A stretch of DNA of 64,000 nt from an uncultured Nitrososphaeraceae archaeon (GTDB lineage: Archaea > Thermoproteota > Nitrososphaeria > Nitrososphaerales > Nitrososphaeraceae), in NCBI GenBank assembly GCA_963837175.1, contig CAWIMJ010000050.1, positions 224,001 to 288,000 on the forward strand. Reading direction: 5' to 3'. Within the stretch, counting starts at the first letter, position 1; each line of letters begins with the position of its first letter. Below are positions 21,247 to 33,615 of the stretch, piece by piece. The position numbers and the translations under genes were made by a program. The notes under the pieces were generated by a model. That model saw only the letters and a program-made list of their open reading frames with translations. It ran no database searches and had not been told where the DNA came from.

Positions 21247-22164
21247 GTGTTTAGACAATATATAATTTTAGTTAGATTACCCAATGTATTTACTGCAGCG
21301 TCTAATATTTTACCGGGCTATTTTACAGTAATTACTGCTGCCACTTTTTCCTTCCTTAATATAAATATCTTATACTTAGCTGGTCTAATGGCTTCATCTT
21401 CACTGCTTTATCTTGCAGGAATAGTCTTTAACGACTATTTTGATATTGAAATAGACAAAAAAGAGCGTCCTAGTAGACCTTTACCATCCGGAAAAATAAC
21501 AAAAAGAAAAGCACTAACAATTGCTATTTCATCAATCATAGCCGCTAATGTACTTGCTCTTCTTATTAATTGGACGAGCTTCATAGTTGCAGTTATTCTA
21601 ACAACTATCGTTATTGCCTACGATTATCGGTTAAAACATAACAGTATTACCGGTCCAATCACAATGGGTCTTGCAAGATTTGTTAATATGATATTGGGGG
21701 CTAGTCCTGCATTACCAACACTTCTGCTATCTACTGCATCTAGTAAAGTGCTATTATTTATTGCTACTTCAATGTTTCTATATGTTGTCGCAATAGGTAT
21801 TCTTAGCAAACAAGAAGTGAGTGATAAGGCAACGAACCTTGTTATTATTTGCTCGTTGTCAATTGTACTTATTGATATTGCATCAATAGCAATTGCGGGT
21901 CTTATGGGAATATTTCAACATGCAGTATTTGCTAATTTAGCCTTATTCTCGATTGTTATGGTTATTATCTTTAGACCAATACTAAGACGCTTAGGTAGTC
22001 TTGCTCCAATTCATATTCAAAATATTATCAAGAACATGATAATATCTATAATAATACTTGATTCTGTCTTCGTCAGTGGTATAATTGGTTTGCCTTATGG
22101 TTTCGCAACCCTTCTTCTTATAATTCCTCCTGTTATGCTGGCAAGGAAATATTACCTGACCTAG
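21247..22164 (+). CDS. UbiA-family prenyltransferase (EboC-like)
   Basis: LVRLPNVFTA, NDYFDIEIDKKERPSRPLPSG, YDYRLK, MGLARFVN; multiple TM helices; probable GTG start at 21247. Confidence 0.88.
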   Translation: MFRQYIILVRLPNVFTAASNILPGYFTVITAATFSFLNINILYLAGLMASSSLLYLAGIVFNDYFDIEIDKKERPSRPLPSGKITKRKALTIAISSIIAANVLALLINWTSFIVAVILTTIVIAYDYRLKHNSITGPITMGLARFVNMILGASPALPTLLLSTASSKVLLFIATSMFLYVVAIGILSKQEVSDKATNLVIICSLSIVLIDIASIAIAGLMGIFQHAVFANLALFSIVMVIIFRPILRRLGSLAPIHIQNIIKNMIISIIILDSVFVSGIIGLPYGFATLLLIIPPVMLARKYYLT

Positions 22165-22589
22165 TACGAACGATAATCAAACTTTAAGTGGATGTATGAA
22201 GAAAAGCACAAAATATGTATATAACATCTATAATGTACTTATAATATTGGTGACTGGCCTCCTCCTAAATCAGTTAGCCTTAATTCGCGGAGTTCACAAA
22301 TTCTTTATTCTCTAAAATAACTCAAAATAGCGGATGCACGATGGAAACGTTCGAATTTAATATTTGCAGAGAATATTTAATATCCTGGCGCAAACCGTTA
22401 TCGTATATTTATTTTAGTAATATTATCTATCCAACATATTCAAATGGACATCCGATAGTATTTTATGCGTAACGATTAAAGAAGTACAATAATGAAAATA
22501 TAGATATTATAAAATATGTTCTCCTCTTTCCTGGCAGAACGCTTTGTTTCTATGATGGTTTTTAACAAGGTAAGTGGAATTTAAGCTAA

Positions 22590-23415
22590 ATGATATCTAT
22601 AATACAAATGATGATATTACTAGGAATAGCATCATCAATAATTCAAAGCAACTATATAATATTCGATGATTATCAATTTAATGGAAGCAATAGTCTTAGC
22701 CAGAGGATAATCTATGAACAACAGAACATATTTTCAAAAATTGAGAAGTTGCTAGTTCCATTTATAAATATTACTTCAAATGAATTAGAAAAGTTATTAC
22801 CAGTTTCAGATACATTTGGAGATAATATACTCAAATACACCATTGCACTTTTCGTTGTAATGGATCCTATTGGAACAGTTCCCCTTTTTATTGCTCTAAC
22901 AAAAAATATGAAAAAAGAGGAACGAAAAGCAGTTTCAAAGGTGGCTGTTTTTACTGCAGGTGTTTTACTGATCCTATTTGCAGTAGCTGGCACGCAGATT
23001 CTTAGTATTTTTGGGATCACTATATCCAGTTTTATGATTGCAGGCGGAGTTCTATTGTTCATAGTGTCAATGGAATTGCTGACCCATGGAGCATGGAGGT
23101 TTGGTGGTACGGTATCAGGGGAATCTGGAGTAGTACCACTTGCATTTCCTTTACTTGCAGGCCCTGGAGCCATTACTTCTGTAATAATTTCCTTCCAAGC
23201 TGCTGGATTAGTTGTGACAATATTGTCAATTGCAATTGTAATCGGCGTAACCTATATTATCTTACTATTGGTAAATCCCATTTATAAGAGTACTTGGAAG
23301 ACGGGGTTCTATGATAATTACAAGGGTATTTGCGGTTTTAGTAGCTGCAATTGCAGTACAATACGTAGTACAAGGAGCTATTCAGCTCTATCTGACCATT
23401 ATACGAGGTTCGTAA
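22590..23415 (+). CDS. marC: MarC-family membrane protein, frameshifted near the 3' end
   Basis: LFVVMDPIGTVP, FMIAGGVLL, VPLAFPLLAGPGAIT; after one extra A at ~23287 the expected RVLGRRGSMIITRVFAVLVAAIAVQ continues to TAA 23415. Confidence 0.85.
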
Positions 23416-23455
23416 ATTTAATTTACTCATAGATAAACCCGGTCACCGATATTTC

Positions 23456-24138
23456 GGCTCTGTTTACTTAGCATTAAGCCTATAGCTGTAGATGTCTTAC
23501 ATCTCTTACGCTTAATAATAAAAGAAACAAGAAACCTTCCAAATATATGATATACGTGTTACAATTATACTTTTCAGGTCTTTCACCTAGAAAAACATCA
23601 CAGCAGTTATCACAATTTATCAAAGAAATCATGTTTCGATAGGGAAGAAATGGATTCAACGGTATAATAAGCCAAGGAAGATTATTCAAAAGAGAAGGAA
23701 AGTATCGGAATTTATAATTGATGAAACATTACTTAAAGTGAGTAATCAATATGCATGGCTCTGGATAACCATTGATTCAATAGATAAAGTAATTCTAGAT
23801 ATTCTTATTTCCTTTGAGAGAACTATTATTATTGCTGAGAGACGTTTATAAAAGATATGATAAAGAAATATGGAAAGCATCCAGTCTCTACTGATGGTAT
23901 TGGTACATGGTGTCATCCTCAAGCTTGTAAATTCCTGAATATGAATCATCATCTGCATTCCTCCTATGAGAAAAGCATGATTGAAAGAACCATACAGTAC
24001 ATCAAGGATAGAACCGAAAGCTTTGATGACTATTTTCCTTGTAGAAAAGAAAAATGTAAACTACAACATATCAGAAATTGGTTCAATTTTTTCGTTGATT
24101 ATCATAATAAGGAGGTGATGGCTTAAGTAAACAGAGCC
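23456..24138 (+). mobile_element. IS6-family insertion sequence (683 bp), transposase disrupted
   Basis: TIRs GGCTCTGTTTACTTA; perfect 8-bp TSD GATATTTC; tnp fragments IIDETLLKV, STDGIGTW, IERTIQYIKDRTESFDDYFPC. Confidence 0.95.
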
Positions 24139-24480
24139 GATATTTCTGTCTACAATTTAATTGCTTTAGTAGACGATCTCTGAGCGGCAACTAGTATTGT
24201 TTCAAACCTCGTCAGTATAGGCTACAACTTTCACTATTGGATAGAACATAATGCATCTATAGATATCTCATGGAGTATATTACTTATGAATATCCAACTT
24301 TCCAATATACAAAAAATTTGCTCAGACTTTTAACTTCCATATTTCATCCTCTTTTAAGACCCATATAGTTGATAAAAATGATCATTTTTTGCCATCCATT
24401 CATAATTCAAGATCGAAGTATTTGGAATAACTTCATTAATATAGGCACTACAAGCTGTACTGTTAGTTATCGAGATGTAG

Positions 24481-25926
24481 GTGGAATATAGGAAAAATAT
24501 GACAAGACATAAAAATGATGAAAATAATTTTTGCAAATTGTTGGAAGAGCAGCTTGAAAGGTTTTTTCATCTTTACAAGAGTAAACTTAAGCAGTTTAAG
24601 GTTGTCTTTAGTTTATTAATAGCATTCGGCTCAATTTTTTTCTTTATTATTTTATTACCATATATTTCTATTCATATAGAGAAGGAAAACATCTCTGAAC
24701 AACAAACTGAGATCTTACGTAAAATCAATCAACTAAATAACAAAATTAATCAAGTAAACAATGGTATTTCTCTTATAAGACAATCTAACGATATATTCAA
24801 AGTCCTCAGTAATCAAATAGTACATGGTCCGGAGGACTTAAGGATCTTTGCAGTTAACCTTTGGGTACCTAATTCTTCTCAAACTAGAGAACAAGATGCT
24901 GCTAGTACAGGATTTCAAAACTGTAGCACGATGGCTGCAGGAACTTATGAGTGGCTCGATTGCAATGTGAGAACAAAGGTTCTAAGTCAATTAGATGGAT
25001 ATAAACAGCTTATGCATCAGAATATTACAATACCTGTTCTTATAGTCGGCGAAGAATTATTAAAAGACAGAGAAAGGACTGCTTTAAAAAAAGAACTCGA
25101 TTATATAGAGAAGTCATTGGTAGAAAAGTTCGAAAATCAAAAGAAAGGGATGAAAAAATATTCACAAATATTCACCTTAACTATGTCTGGAAATGCTGAA
25201 GTCAATATTATACTTAATGACACCTTTTTAGATAATTGGAATAAGTATGAACAGACAATTGGAACTCACAATGACAAGTTACAACGTCTTATCTCTAAAA
25301 TTCAATCCAATTTAGATAAAGAGAAAGATGTCGCATCTGCTCTACAGAACGAGAAAAAGTTGTTACAGGAAAAGGCGAATGAACTGCTGAATCAGGTAGA
25401 ACAGATCGATATCAGACTTAACCAGCCTGTGGCTCCTTTTTTAAGCACTTTCTTTATAGAAATGATACCACTTTATCCTATGTCACTTGCATTGGGCTTT
25501 TTGGTATCTGCCTCTATCCTTCGCGATATATATCATCTCCGTAGAGTGTTACACCACTTACACAAACAAAGATACCCAGAGAGCGATATACTAGTTAGGG
25601 AACATATAGTTATCAATGCACCTTTATGGATTGATCCTTTAATTCCAACACAGAATCACAGAGCACGTTCTTTCGTACTTATAATACCTTTTCTATTTTT
25701 TTCAATTACATTAATTATGCTATTATGTATTTGGTTTTTTATACACGATATTGGAGATGTCTTTTTCTATACAACCTATTTCAATAAAATCATGTATGGG
25801 ATTCTATACACGTTAAGTTCAGCGTTATTCTTTTACTCTTTCTTGATAATAATAAAGGAATATAACCTGATATCACCATTCAAATTCAAAGAAAACAAAG
25901 AAAATGAAAGGTCTTCACATTTTTAA
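24481..25926 (+). CDS. Hypothetical membrane protein with a long coiled-coil domain
   Basis: 481-aa ORF; N-terminal TM, heptad-rich middle, about three C-terminal TMs. Confidence 0.75.
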   Translation: MEYRKNMTRHKNDENNFCKLLEEQLERFFHLYKSKLKQFKVVFSLLIAFGSIFFFIILLPYISIHIEKENISEQQTEILRKINQLNNKINQVNNGISLIRQSNDIFKVLSNQIVHGPEDLRIFAVNLWVPNSSQTREQDAASTGFQNCSTMAAGTYEWLDCNVRTKVLSQLDGYKQLMHQNITIPVLIVGEELLKDRERTALKKELDYIEKSLVEKFENQKKGMKKYSQIFTLTMSGNAEVNIILNDTFLDNWNKYEQTIGTHNDKLQRLISKIQSNLDKEKDVASALQNEKKLLQEKANELLNQVEQIDIRLNQPVAPFLSTFFIEMIPLYPMSLALGFLVSASILRDIYHLRRVLHHLHKQRYPESDILVREHIVINAPLWIDPLIPTQNHRARSFVLIIPFLFFSITLIMLLCIWFFIHDIGDVFFYTTYFNKIMYGILYTLSSALFFYSFLIIIKEYNLISPFKFKENKENERSSHF

Positions 25927-26292
25927 TTTTGTTATTAGCTTTTTTTATTTTTTGTAGTATCATACAATTCCTAGATCCAACACTTATTCGGTCAATTATC
26001 AAAAGATATCAGAAATAAATCTACCACAATTATAAAAAATACTATTCATGTATTGGTTGGCCAATATCAAATTTTGATGAGTGGTAATTTTGTGTGATGA
26101 ACAAGATGCGTGAGCAAGCTCATCACAAGCAGGCCTTCTAAAACTAACAATGTCTACTTAAATATAAAGAGTATTATTATAGATATTACTATATCATCAT
26201 TTTATGATATTTATTATTAATGCTACTTTAATAAAGTACATAATGAAAAAAAGTGAATTATAATAAATTGGATAACAGCTCAATTTATATCT

Positions 26293-26748
26293 CTAAATAT
26301 TACTTATGAAGTCGCTTTTTAAAGCAAGGTTAAGTTCTAATTTGATTTTATTGGCCGTTCCTATAAGTTCGGTATCTTCGGCGACATGTCTAACAGGCCA
26401 TTTTCCATCTGGGCTGTCCTCCTTAAATCGAGGGATTATATGGACATGAACATGAGGAACTATCTGGTTGGCAGCTCTGCCATTATTTTGTCCAACGTTA
26501 AAGCCGTCTGCTTTAACAGCACGTATTACTGCCTTTGCTATGACAGGAATTATAGCATACAATTTGCCTACTTCTGATGGTGGCATCAATAACAAGTTGT
26601 CATAATGAATCTTAGGAATTACTAGAGTATGACCTACATTTATAGGGTACTTATCCATCAATACAAGGATATTTCTGTCTTCATAAAGTATAGCTTTTGG
26701 CAGTTTTCCTGCTATAATAGAACAGAAGACACAAGAGGAGTTAGCCAT
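26293..26748 (-). CDS. HIT-family hydrolase
   Basis: CVFCSI, GHTLVIPK, QIVPHVHVHIIPR. Confidence 0.95.
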   Translation of the reverse strand: MANSSCVFCSIIAGKLPKAILYEDRNILVLMDKYPINVGHTLVIPKIHYDNLLLMPPSEVGKLYAIIPVIAKAVIRAVKADGFNVGQNNGRAANQIVPHVHVHIIPRFKEDSPDGKWPVRHVAEDTELIGTANKIKLELNLALKSDFISNI

Positions 26749-26933
26749 TATATAATTTACTTTCCATCGTACAGCATTATATATTTATTTAGGAGTATTG
26801 TTTATTAATTGATAAAAATTGATAATATTTAAGTGAACAACGAATTGATATTCGTATCTGCTCTTTCAATTTCTTCTGTTTTCACTATACACTAGCGAAT
26901 TTTAATATAGTAAATTCTATTTATTGATAGACA

Positions 26934-27122
26934 ATGGATGAAATAATAGAGTTAGAGAGCTTTGATATAAATTTCTCATTTCGTTGTCCTAAGTGCGATT
27001 ATCTTAACGACGAAATTTCTGTCAACGATCTTACAACCGGTAATGCTGAATGTGGTATGTGCGAAACTACATTTAAGGTGGAGGGAATAGATGCTGTAAA
27101 AATCACAGCAATCCTTGAATAG
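26934..27122 (+). CDS. Small Zn-ribbon protein
   Basis: CPKC...CGMC; acidic; 62 aa. Confidence 0.7.
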   Translation: MDEIIELESFDINFSFRCPKCDYLNDEISVNDLTTGNAECGMCETTFKVEGIDAVKITAILE

Positions 27123-27191
27123 TTTGTTCGGATATTCAACCCAACGGTAAGCCTTGAATCTTAAAATATCCAATTGAGAAGACATATTTTG

Positions 27192-28871
27192 ATGATACTG
27201 CCAAGCAGAAAGTCAATAGAAGGTCCAGCTAGAGCACCTCATCGGGCAATGTATAAGGCAATGGGTTTAACAAATGAGGATTTAAATAGGCCGTTAATAG
27301 CTGTCTCGTCCACATGCAATGAAGCAACACCCTGCAATATTCATCTAGGTAGACTCGCTCAAAATGTCAAAAAAGGAGTAAAAGATTCGAAATGTACTCC
27401 AAGAGAGTTCACCACAATAGCTGTTTCTGACGGAATAGCAATGGGACACGAGGGAATGAAAGCTTCCTTGGTCAGCAGAGAAATCATAGCAGATTCTATC
27501 GAGATAATGATGCGTGCTCATCAATACGATGGAATTGTCGGGATTGCCGGGTGTGACAAAAGTTTGCCGGGGACTTTGATGGGCATGGCGCGTCTTAATT
27601 TACCATCGATATTTGTTTATGGTGGTACAATTATGCCTGGCAATTGGAATGGCGAACAAGTAACAATTCAGGATGTTTACGAAGCGGTTGGCAAATATGA
27701 CTCTGGTAAAATGACTTTGGAACAGCTTGTAAATTTGGAAAATGTTGCTTGTCCTGCTTCTGGTTCCTGCGCAGGAATGTACACTGCCAATACTATGGCA
27801 TGTATAAGTGAAGCCCTAGGAATGTCTTTGCCAGGAAGCGCTTCGCCACCTGCTGAAAGTGATAGACGAGTAGCAATTTGCTATGATACAGGAAAAGCAA
27901 TCTACAGTTTAGTTGAAAATAATATTAGACCAAAGGATATAATGAGCTTTGAAGCATTCGAGAACGCAATAGCTGTTGCAAACGCAATAGGAGGTTCAAC
28001 AAACATGGTATTACATCTCTTGGCTATAGCAAAAGAGTTAGCAATTAAATTAAAAATGAGTGATTTTGAGAGAATACGTAAGCAAACTCCACATATAGCC
28101 GATATGAGACCTGGTGGAACTTATGTCATGTCAGATCTTGATATGGCAGGGGGCGTTCCAGTTATACTGAATTATTTATTGAAAAAAGGATTAATTGATG
28201 GAGAAGTAATAACCATTACAGGCAAGACGATGAGAGATAATATCGAATTAAAAAGATTTGCTATTGATGTTGACACTAAGATTATCAAACAAATGGATTA
28301 CCCTATTCACAAAGAAGGTCCGCTAAAAATTTTAAAAGGTTCGCTAGCTCCGCAAGGCGCAGTTATAAAAATTGCTGCTATTAACACTCCTAAATTCCTT
28401 GGGAGTGCTAGAGTATTTGAAAATGAGGAGCAAGCATTTGACGCAGTCTCAAAGAGAAAAATAAGCGAAGCTGATGTAATTATCATAAGATATGAAGGAC
28501 CAAAAGGTGGTCCTGGAATGAGGGAAATGTTAGCAGTTACCGCAGCTTTAGTCGGTCAAGGTTTAGGAGACAAAGTAGCTATGGTGACAGATGGCAGATT
28601 TTCGGGCGCAACACGAGGAATTATGGTTGGTCATGTTGCACCTGAAGCGATGGTAGGAGGACCAATAGCAATGGTTAAAGATGGTGACAAAATAATCATC
28701 GATATTAAGAAGGGTAAAATTGAGCTGGCGGTTTCTAAAAATGAAATGGATAGAAGGAGAAAAAAATGGAGACCATTAAAACCTCACTATACTTCTGGGG
28801 TATTAGCTAAGTATGCTTCTCTAGTAAAATCTGCTTCTCAAGGTGCAGTTACTCTTCCTCTAAAAAAGTAA
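27192..28871 (+). CDS. ilvD: Dihydroxy-acid dehydratase
   Basis: [54 protein letters not shown]. Confidence 0.97.
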   Translation: MILPSRKSIEGPARAPHRAMYKAMGLTNEDLNRPLIAVSSTCNEATPCNIHLGRLAQNVKKGVKDSKCTPREFTTIAVSDGIAMGHEGMKASLVSREIIADSIEIMMRAHQYDGIVGIAGCDKSLPGTLMGMARLNLPSIFVYGGTIMPGNWNGEQVTIQDVYEAVGKYDSGKMTLEQLVNLENVACPASGSCAGMYTANTMACISEALGMSLPGSASPPAESDRRVAICYDTGKAIYSLVENNIRPKDIMSFEAFENAIAVANAIGGSTNMVLHLLAIAKELAIKLKMSDFERIRKQTPHIADMRPGGTYVMSDLDMAGGVPVILNYLLKKGLIDGEVITITGKTMRDNIELKRFAIDVDTKIIKQMDYPIHKEGPLKILKGSLAPQGAVIKIAAINTPKFLGSARVFENEEQAFDAVSKRKISEADVIIIRYEGPKGGPGMREMLAVTAALVGQGLGDKVAMVTDGRFSGATRGIMVGHVAPEAMVGGPIAMVKDGDKIIIDIKKGKIELAVSKNEMDRRRKKWRPLKPHYTSGVLAKYASLVKSASQGAVTLPLKK

Positions 28872-29269
28872 CAATTGCCGCTTATAACCATAATAGACTA
28901 ATAGACTGTTAATCCTTATCATTTATATTATTTAATTCACTTTTTCTTAATATTTTATATAGTATCTAAATGATAAAACATCATCACAACTATGTGATAA
29001 ATCGTTGTATAATCATTATTTATTAAATCTCACATCCTCGCTTAATTTCAAATAAAGCTCTAATACAACCGTATGGATGAGGTTTAAAATAGAAGAATTT
29101 TCATTTAAGAATGCAAACGAAAAGAATTCTTTATATTGTAGTTATTGGCAAATTTAGGTAAAAAACTCAAAGATAAAATAGGATGTGACGGCTGGTACTA
29201 TCTTGTTATATATATGTTAAAATAAAGAATATCCATTAAAATATAATAGGAGCAGCAGACATAGATTTT

Positions 29270-29641
29270 GTGCCAGAGAAAAAAAAGCAAGATATAGTTA
29301 TCGTAGCCGAACAATTAAGACCCATTTTGGAATGCTTAAATAAAGACAATATATCGACTAAGCTTTGCCTTGACAAAGAAGCTGGGATCATCAAAATTTA
29401 CTCAAAGGAATATAATATCGTTAAAAAGGCATCTGCGGGATTATCAGAGGTTCTTGAATTATCGTATGCTACTGCAGAACATCATCCATATGCGATCGTC
29501 CTTTATCATACTGTTGAAATTTTGAAAAATATCCTTGATGTATGGGACTCTAACCTGAGTCAAGAACAGATCGACGAATTGTCATGGAGAGCTACTGAAA
29601 TCAAAGCCTCTCTTGATAGATTAGCATGTTTTCAGACTTAA
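29270..29641 (+). CDS. Conserved hypothetical protein
   Basis: Protein-like ORF (LSEVLELSYATAEHHPY). Confidence 0.7.
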   Translation: MPEKKKQDIVIVAEQLRPILECLNKDNISTKLCLDKEAGIIKIYSKEYNIVKKASAGLSEVLELSYATAEHHPYAIVLYHTVEILKNILDVWDSNLSQEQIDELSWRATEIKASLDRLACFQT

Positions 29642-30331
29642 ATTCATTGAAAATTTAATTTATATTATATTATAATATAGTTGTTCTTTTTAGATTGAAC
29701 CTATTGATTTAGGGATTGATTGAATAAGATTTAATATATTATGGATTGTAAAATTGTAGAAAGCACTGAATTTAAAGTTTTCATTGATTTTTCCACATTA
29801 TATGTAAAATTCTTTAGGTAAGTAGAGAAATAATAAAAAATGTTTTACTGATTTCAAATTGATCACCGATATGAAACAAAGCTATTACGATAACGTAGAT
29901 GTATACATATATCATAAACTCAATAAGATAAAACCGACTCTCAGAGAAGTTATCTGACTCGCACAATGTTACAAAAGTATATTAGGATCAGTAACGTAAT
30001 TTGAGCAGCTCCAATAGCCGGCAGATGATCAAAGTCATTCAGATTTCAAACCTCCTTTCATATGAAGAGTGAGGATTGGCAGTGAGTTATATCAAGCTGG
30101 CCAAAAATTATCGTTTAGTATTCCAAACGCAGCTCAAGAATACATCTCAGAGCTATCCATATTTTATATCTACAGTACTTATAATCTAAGCAATATAATG
30201 ATATTAGACAGCTCTTTTATTTTATCTTCGCCTTTTTGTATTCTTCGAGTTCTATGATTATATAGAAGGCATCAAGCCTAACTCCATGTTTTATTAAATT
30301 ATGTTCCTTATTAATTAATATAGACTTTAAT

Positions 30332-31747
30332 ATGTTAAAACAATTCCATCACTTTGATTTGATGAAAAAGAAAGTTTCCTTTATAATATTTCTATTAAGT
30401 TTTATCTTTATTGTTGGATACATAACTTCTTCTGGATTACTTTCGATGAAGAAAAATATACATTCCTCCAATATTTCAGAAAATAAATTAGGTTCTTTTA
30501 TCGCCAGTGGGCCTATAGTATCTCTGTTATTTAATGAAGGCTCACCTCAATCGACGCTCATTAGAAATCAAAGCCAAGGATATGAACCAGCAGCTAAAAG
30601 ACCATCAGTTTCTGACACTATGTTATCTAGAGGCAGCAATACCAATTTTACTGACAGTTTTATGACACCTTCTGGTTCAATTTATGAAAATAGAACATTG
30701 GATAGCGATGTTATAGATTTATTAACAAAGATTATTTTGGGCTCGATATATAATACAAATGGAACTGCAGAACACAAATCATCAACAAAACAATTCGCAC
30801 AGACTGCAAAAATAGAACCGCAGATCTTGAGTGGAAATTGGACGTTTAGAGTCGATCAAGGACTTGTAAAGAATTTCAAAACAATATTTACGATGTTTCA
30901 TATAAATGGTACCGAACATCATGTTTATGAACTTTATAACTTTCGACCATATCATAAAAATTTTATTCATATATCATCATCTCCTCAAGAAAATGTAATT
31001 AACGGAACAGTAGATATAAAATTAAATGGTAAGAATCTCTGGAAGGATATTAACTGTACTTTGGTGATTACTAAAGATAATATAATAAAGATTCTGCTGA
31101 ATTCTAGGTCAATCGATAATCAATTATATCATCAGCCAATATATGGTATAATACAATCATTTAAAGAAATAGGTGGCGATCAAATGATAATGGACGGTTT
31201 AGCCGATGACAAAAATATAAAATCAGTTATTGCAAATAGATCAAACTTAAGAAATAATATAACACAAATTATCTTTGGAATTATTGATTCAGCAAACAAA
31301 CAGGCAAGTCATTACACAATAGCAAGAAATGGAACAGGCGAGAAAGATTTAGGTCAATTTTATAATAATGCAGACACCATGTCATTCAATATCTCAAGAG
31401 ACCGTCCAATAGCAGAAAGCTACACTACTATCACCATTGTAAAAGGAGCAGATAATTCATCAAATGAAAAGTCTTTCTATCCGCAGAACATATTTGTAAA
31501 GCCGGGAAGTACAGTCGCGTGGCTTAATAAGGATAGTGCCATCCATATTGTAACTTCAACTAATAGTAAGGATCTAATTACCGACTATCTTTTTGATACT
31601 GGCTTCATCCAAACAGGACAATCGAGCAAACCTATAAGAATGCCTCAGCAAGATGGCCTCATTTCATATTATTGCAAAATACATCCATTTATGATTGGAA
31701 CACTAACGGTTGCCTCACAGTTAAGCGGTATGTCCGATTCTAGATAA
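30332..31747 (+). CDS. Membrane-anchored protein with C-terminal plastocyanin/cupredoxin domain
   Basis: N-terminal TM; FYPQNIFVKPGSTVAWLNKDSAIHIVTS...YYCKIHPFMIG (type-1 Cu ligands H, C, H, M). Confidence 0.85.
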   Translation: MLKQFHHFDLMKKKVSFIIFLLSFIFIVGYITSSGLLSMKKNIHSSNISENKLGSFIASGPIVSLLFNEGSPQSTLIRNQSQGYEPAAKRPSVSDTMLSRGSNTNFTDSFMTPSGSIYENRTLDSDVIDLLTKIILGSIYNTNGTAEHKSSTKQFAQTAKIEPQILSGNWTFRVDQGLVKNFKTIFTMFHINGTEHHVYELYNFRPYHKNFIHISSSPQENVINGTVDIKLNGKNLWKDINCTLVITKDNIIKILLNSRSIDNQLYHQPIYGIIQSFKEIGGDQMIMDGLADDKNIKSVIANRSNLRNNITQIIFGIIDSANKQASHYTIARNGTGEKDLGQFYNNADTMSFNISRDRPIAESYTTITIVKGADNSSNEKSFYPQNIFVKPGSTVAWLNKDSAIHIVTSTNSKDLITDYLFDTGFIQTGQSSKPIRMPQQDGLISYYCKIHPFMIGTLTVASQLSGMSDSR

Positions 31748-32035
31748 CTTTTAACTTCACATGATTGTTATTTGTATAAACTGAATAGATCTAATAAACT
31801 TCTTATATGTTATTACAGTAGATTAAATTCATGCAATTCATGATTTTGTTATCATTTATCTTGTCCCACCAGCCCAAGATATAGCGAAAAAAATAATAGA
31901 TCTATTATGCTTTATATTCAGTCGTTTATCTATCTGAGATTTCTGTCAAATCTATCGGCCTGAACATAGATGTGCACTTCTCTCTTCGTATTAGTAGTGA
32001 GATATAAATAAGCACAACCATTTCGCTATTAACAT

Positions 32036-33247
32036 ATGATAAGGATCGGCTTAATTGGCAAAACTAATACTGGGAAAACTACATTCTTCAACTCTGCAAC
32101 TCTTGCCACGGCTGATATTTCAAATTATCCATTTACTACTAAACAGCCCAGTATGGGGAACGCTAATGCAATAACTCTTTGTGTTCATAAAGAATTCAAT
32201 TTGCAGGATAACCCAAAGAATTCACGTTGTATAGATGGCTGGCGTTTTATTCCTGTTGAATTAGTCGATTTGCCTGGATTAATCAAAGGAGCATGGGAAG
32301 GTAAAGGTTTGGGAAATCAATTCCTTTCTGTTGGAGCACAGTCTGATGCATTATTACACATCGTTGATGTCTCAGGAAGCGTTGACGCTGCGGGACGAAT
32401 CGCAGAACCTGGAAGTGGAGATCCTATAGCTGACATAGGTGATATAGAAGAAGAGTTAGTAATGTGGTATCTGAAACTACTCGAAGGCAATCGCGACAAA
32501 ATTTCGAGAGCGATCCATTCTGGGATTGATATCGTATCTGCAATTGCAGATGTATTTCGAGGTATCGGCGTGAAGGAAGAGCATGTCAAGTTAGCTCTCC
32601 GCGAAAACCAACTTGAAAATCATAAATTTGATGAACTCGGTCCCCAAGAGATCAAGGACTTTTCTTGGAGTTTACGAGACTTATCAAAACCAACATTAAT
32701 AGTTGCAAACAAAGTAGATTTGCCATCTGCTACCGATAATTTCAAGAGATTACGTGAAGAATATAAGGATATGATCATTGTTCCAGCTAGTGCCGATGCA
32801 GAACTGACATTAAGACGGGCAGCGAATCGTGGATTAATTCATTATTCTCCTGGCGATGAAAGATTTGAGATTAAAGACCAGAGTGTTTTAACTGATAAAC
32901 AAAAATGGGCTTTGAATTTCATAAGAAAAGATATTCTAGATGAATATATGAGAACAGGCGTTCAATTTGCCATCAATGTTGCTGTATTCAAATTACTCAG
33001 AATGAATGCTGTTTATCCTGTTGCTGAAGCAAGTAAACTTTCAGATAAATCAGGGAATATTCTGCCGGACGTTTATTTAATGAAATCTGGATCTACCGTA
33101 GAGGATCTTGCTAAAGAGGTTCATAGTGAGCTTGCTAAAGGATTGCTTTACGCGATAGACATTCGTGATGGTCTTAGATTACCAACTAATTATGAGATTA
33201 AAGACAGAGACATCCTTTCTATTATATCTACGCGAAAAAAAAAGTAA
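32036..33247 (+). CDS. Obg/YchF-related (Ygr210-like) translation-associated GTPase
   Basis: GKTNTGKT, YPFTT, DLPG, ANKVD, C-terminal TGS domain. Confidence 0.92.
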   Translation: MIRIGLIGKTNTGKTTFFNSATLATADISNYPFTTKQPSMGNANAITLCVHKEFNLQDNPKNSRCIDGWRFIPVELVDLPGLIKGAWEGKGLGNQFLSVGAQSDALLHIVDVSGSVDAAGRIAEPGSGDPIADIGDIEEELVMWYLKLLEGNRDKISRAIHSGIDIVSAIADVFRGIGVKEEHVKLALRENQLENHKFDELGPQEIKDFSWSLRDLSKPTLIVANKVDLPSATDNFKRLREEYKDMIIVPASADAELTLRRAANRGLIHYSPGDERFEIKDQSVLTDKQKWALNFIRKDILDEYMRTGVQFAINVAVFKLLRMNAVYPVAEASKLSDKSGNILPDVYLMKSGSTVEDLAKEVHSELAKGLLYAIDIRDGLRLPTNYEIKDRDILSIISTRKKK

Positions 33248-33615
33248 CTATAATAAAATATTAATGAGAACGAGCCAAGAAAGCTCAGAAGAATTAATTA
33301 AATCTGTTATCTTCTGATTAGGATGATCATAAGGAAGAATTAATTACTCGGAGAAATGTATATAGCATGTTAAAACAAGAAAACCAATACTGAATTTTTA
33401 CAACCTGTTAGGGCGGTGCGATCAGTCATAGACTAAGGAATACTCAAGCCCTGGACACTGATAATAGATATATCTATATATATCTAAAGAAATAAATCTG
33501 CGCGTGGATCTAAATTAATTATTCCACCGTGATCCGACATCATCTTATATGCTCAATCGATTTCATATTGTTTTGATCGATAATTCTCTTAACCTAATGA
33601 TTCGAAGACATAATG

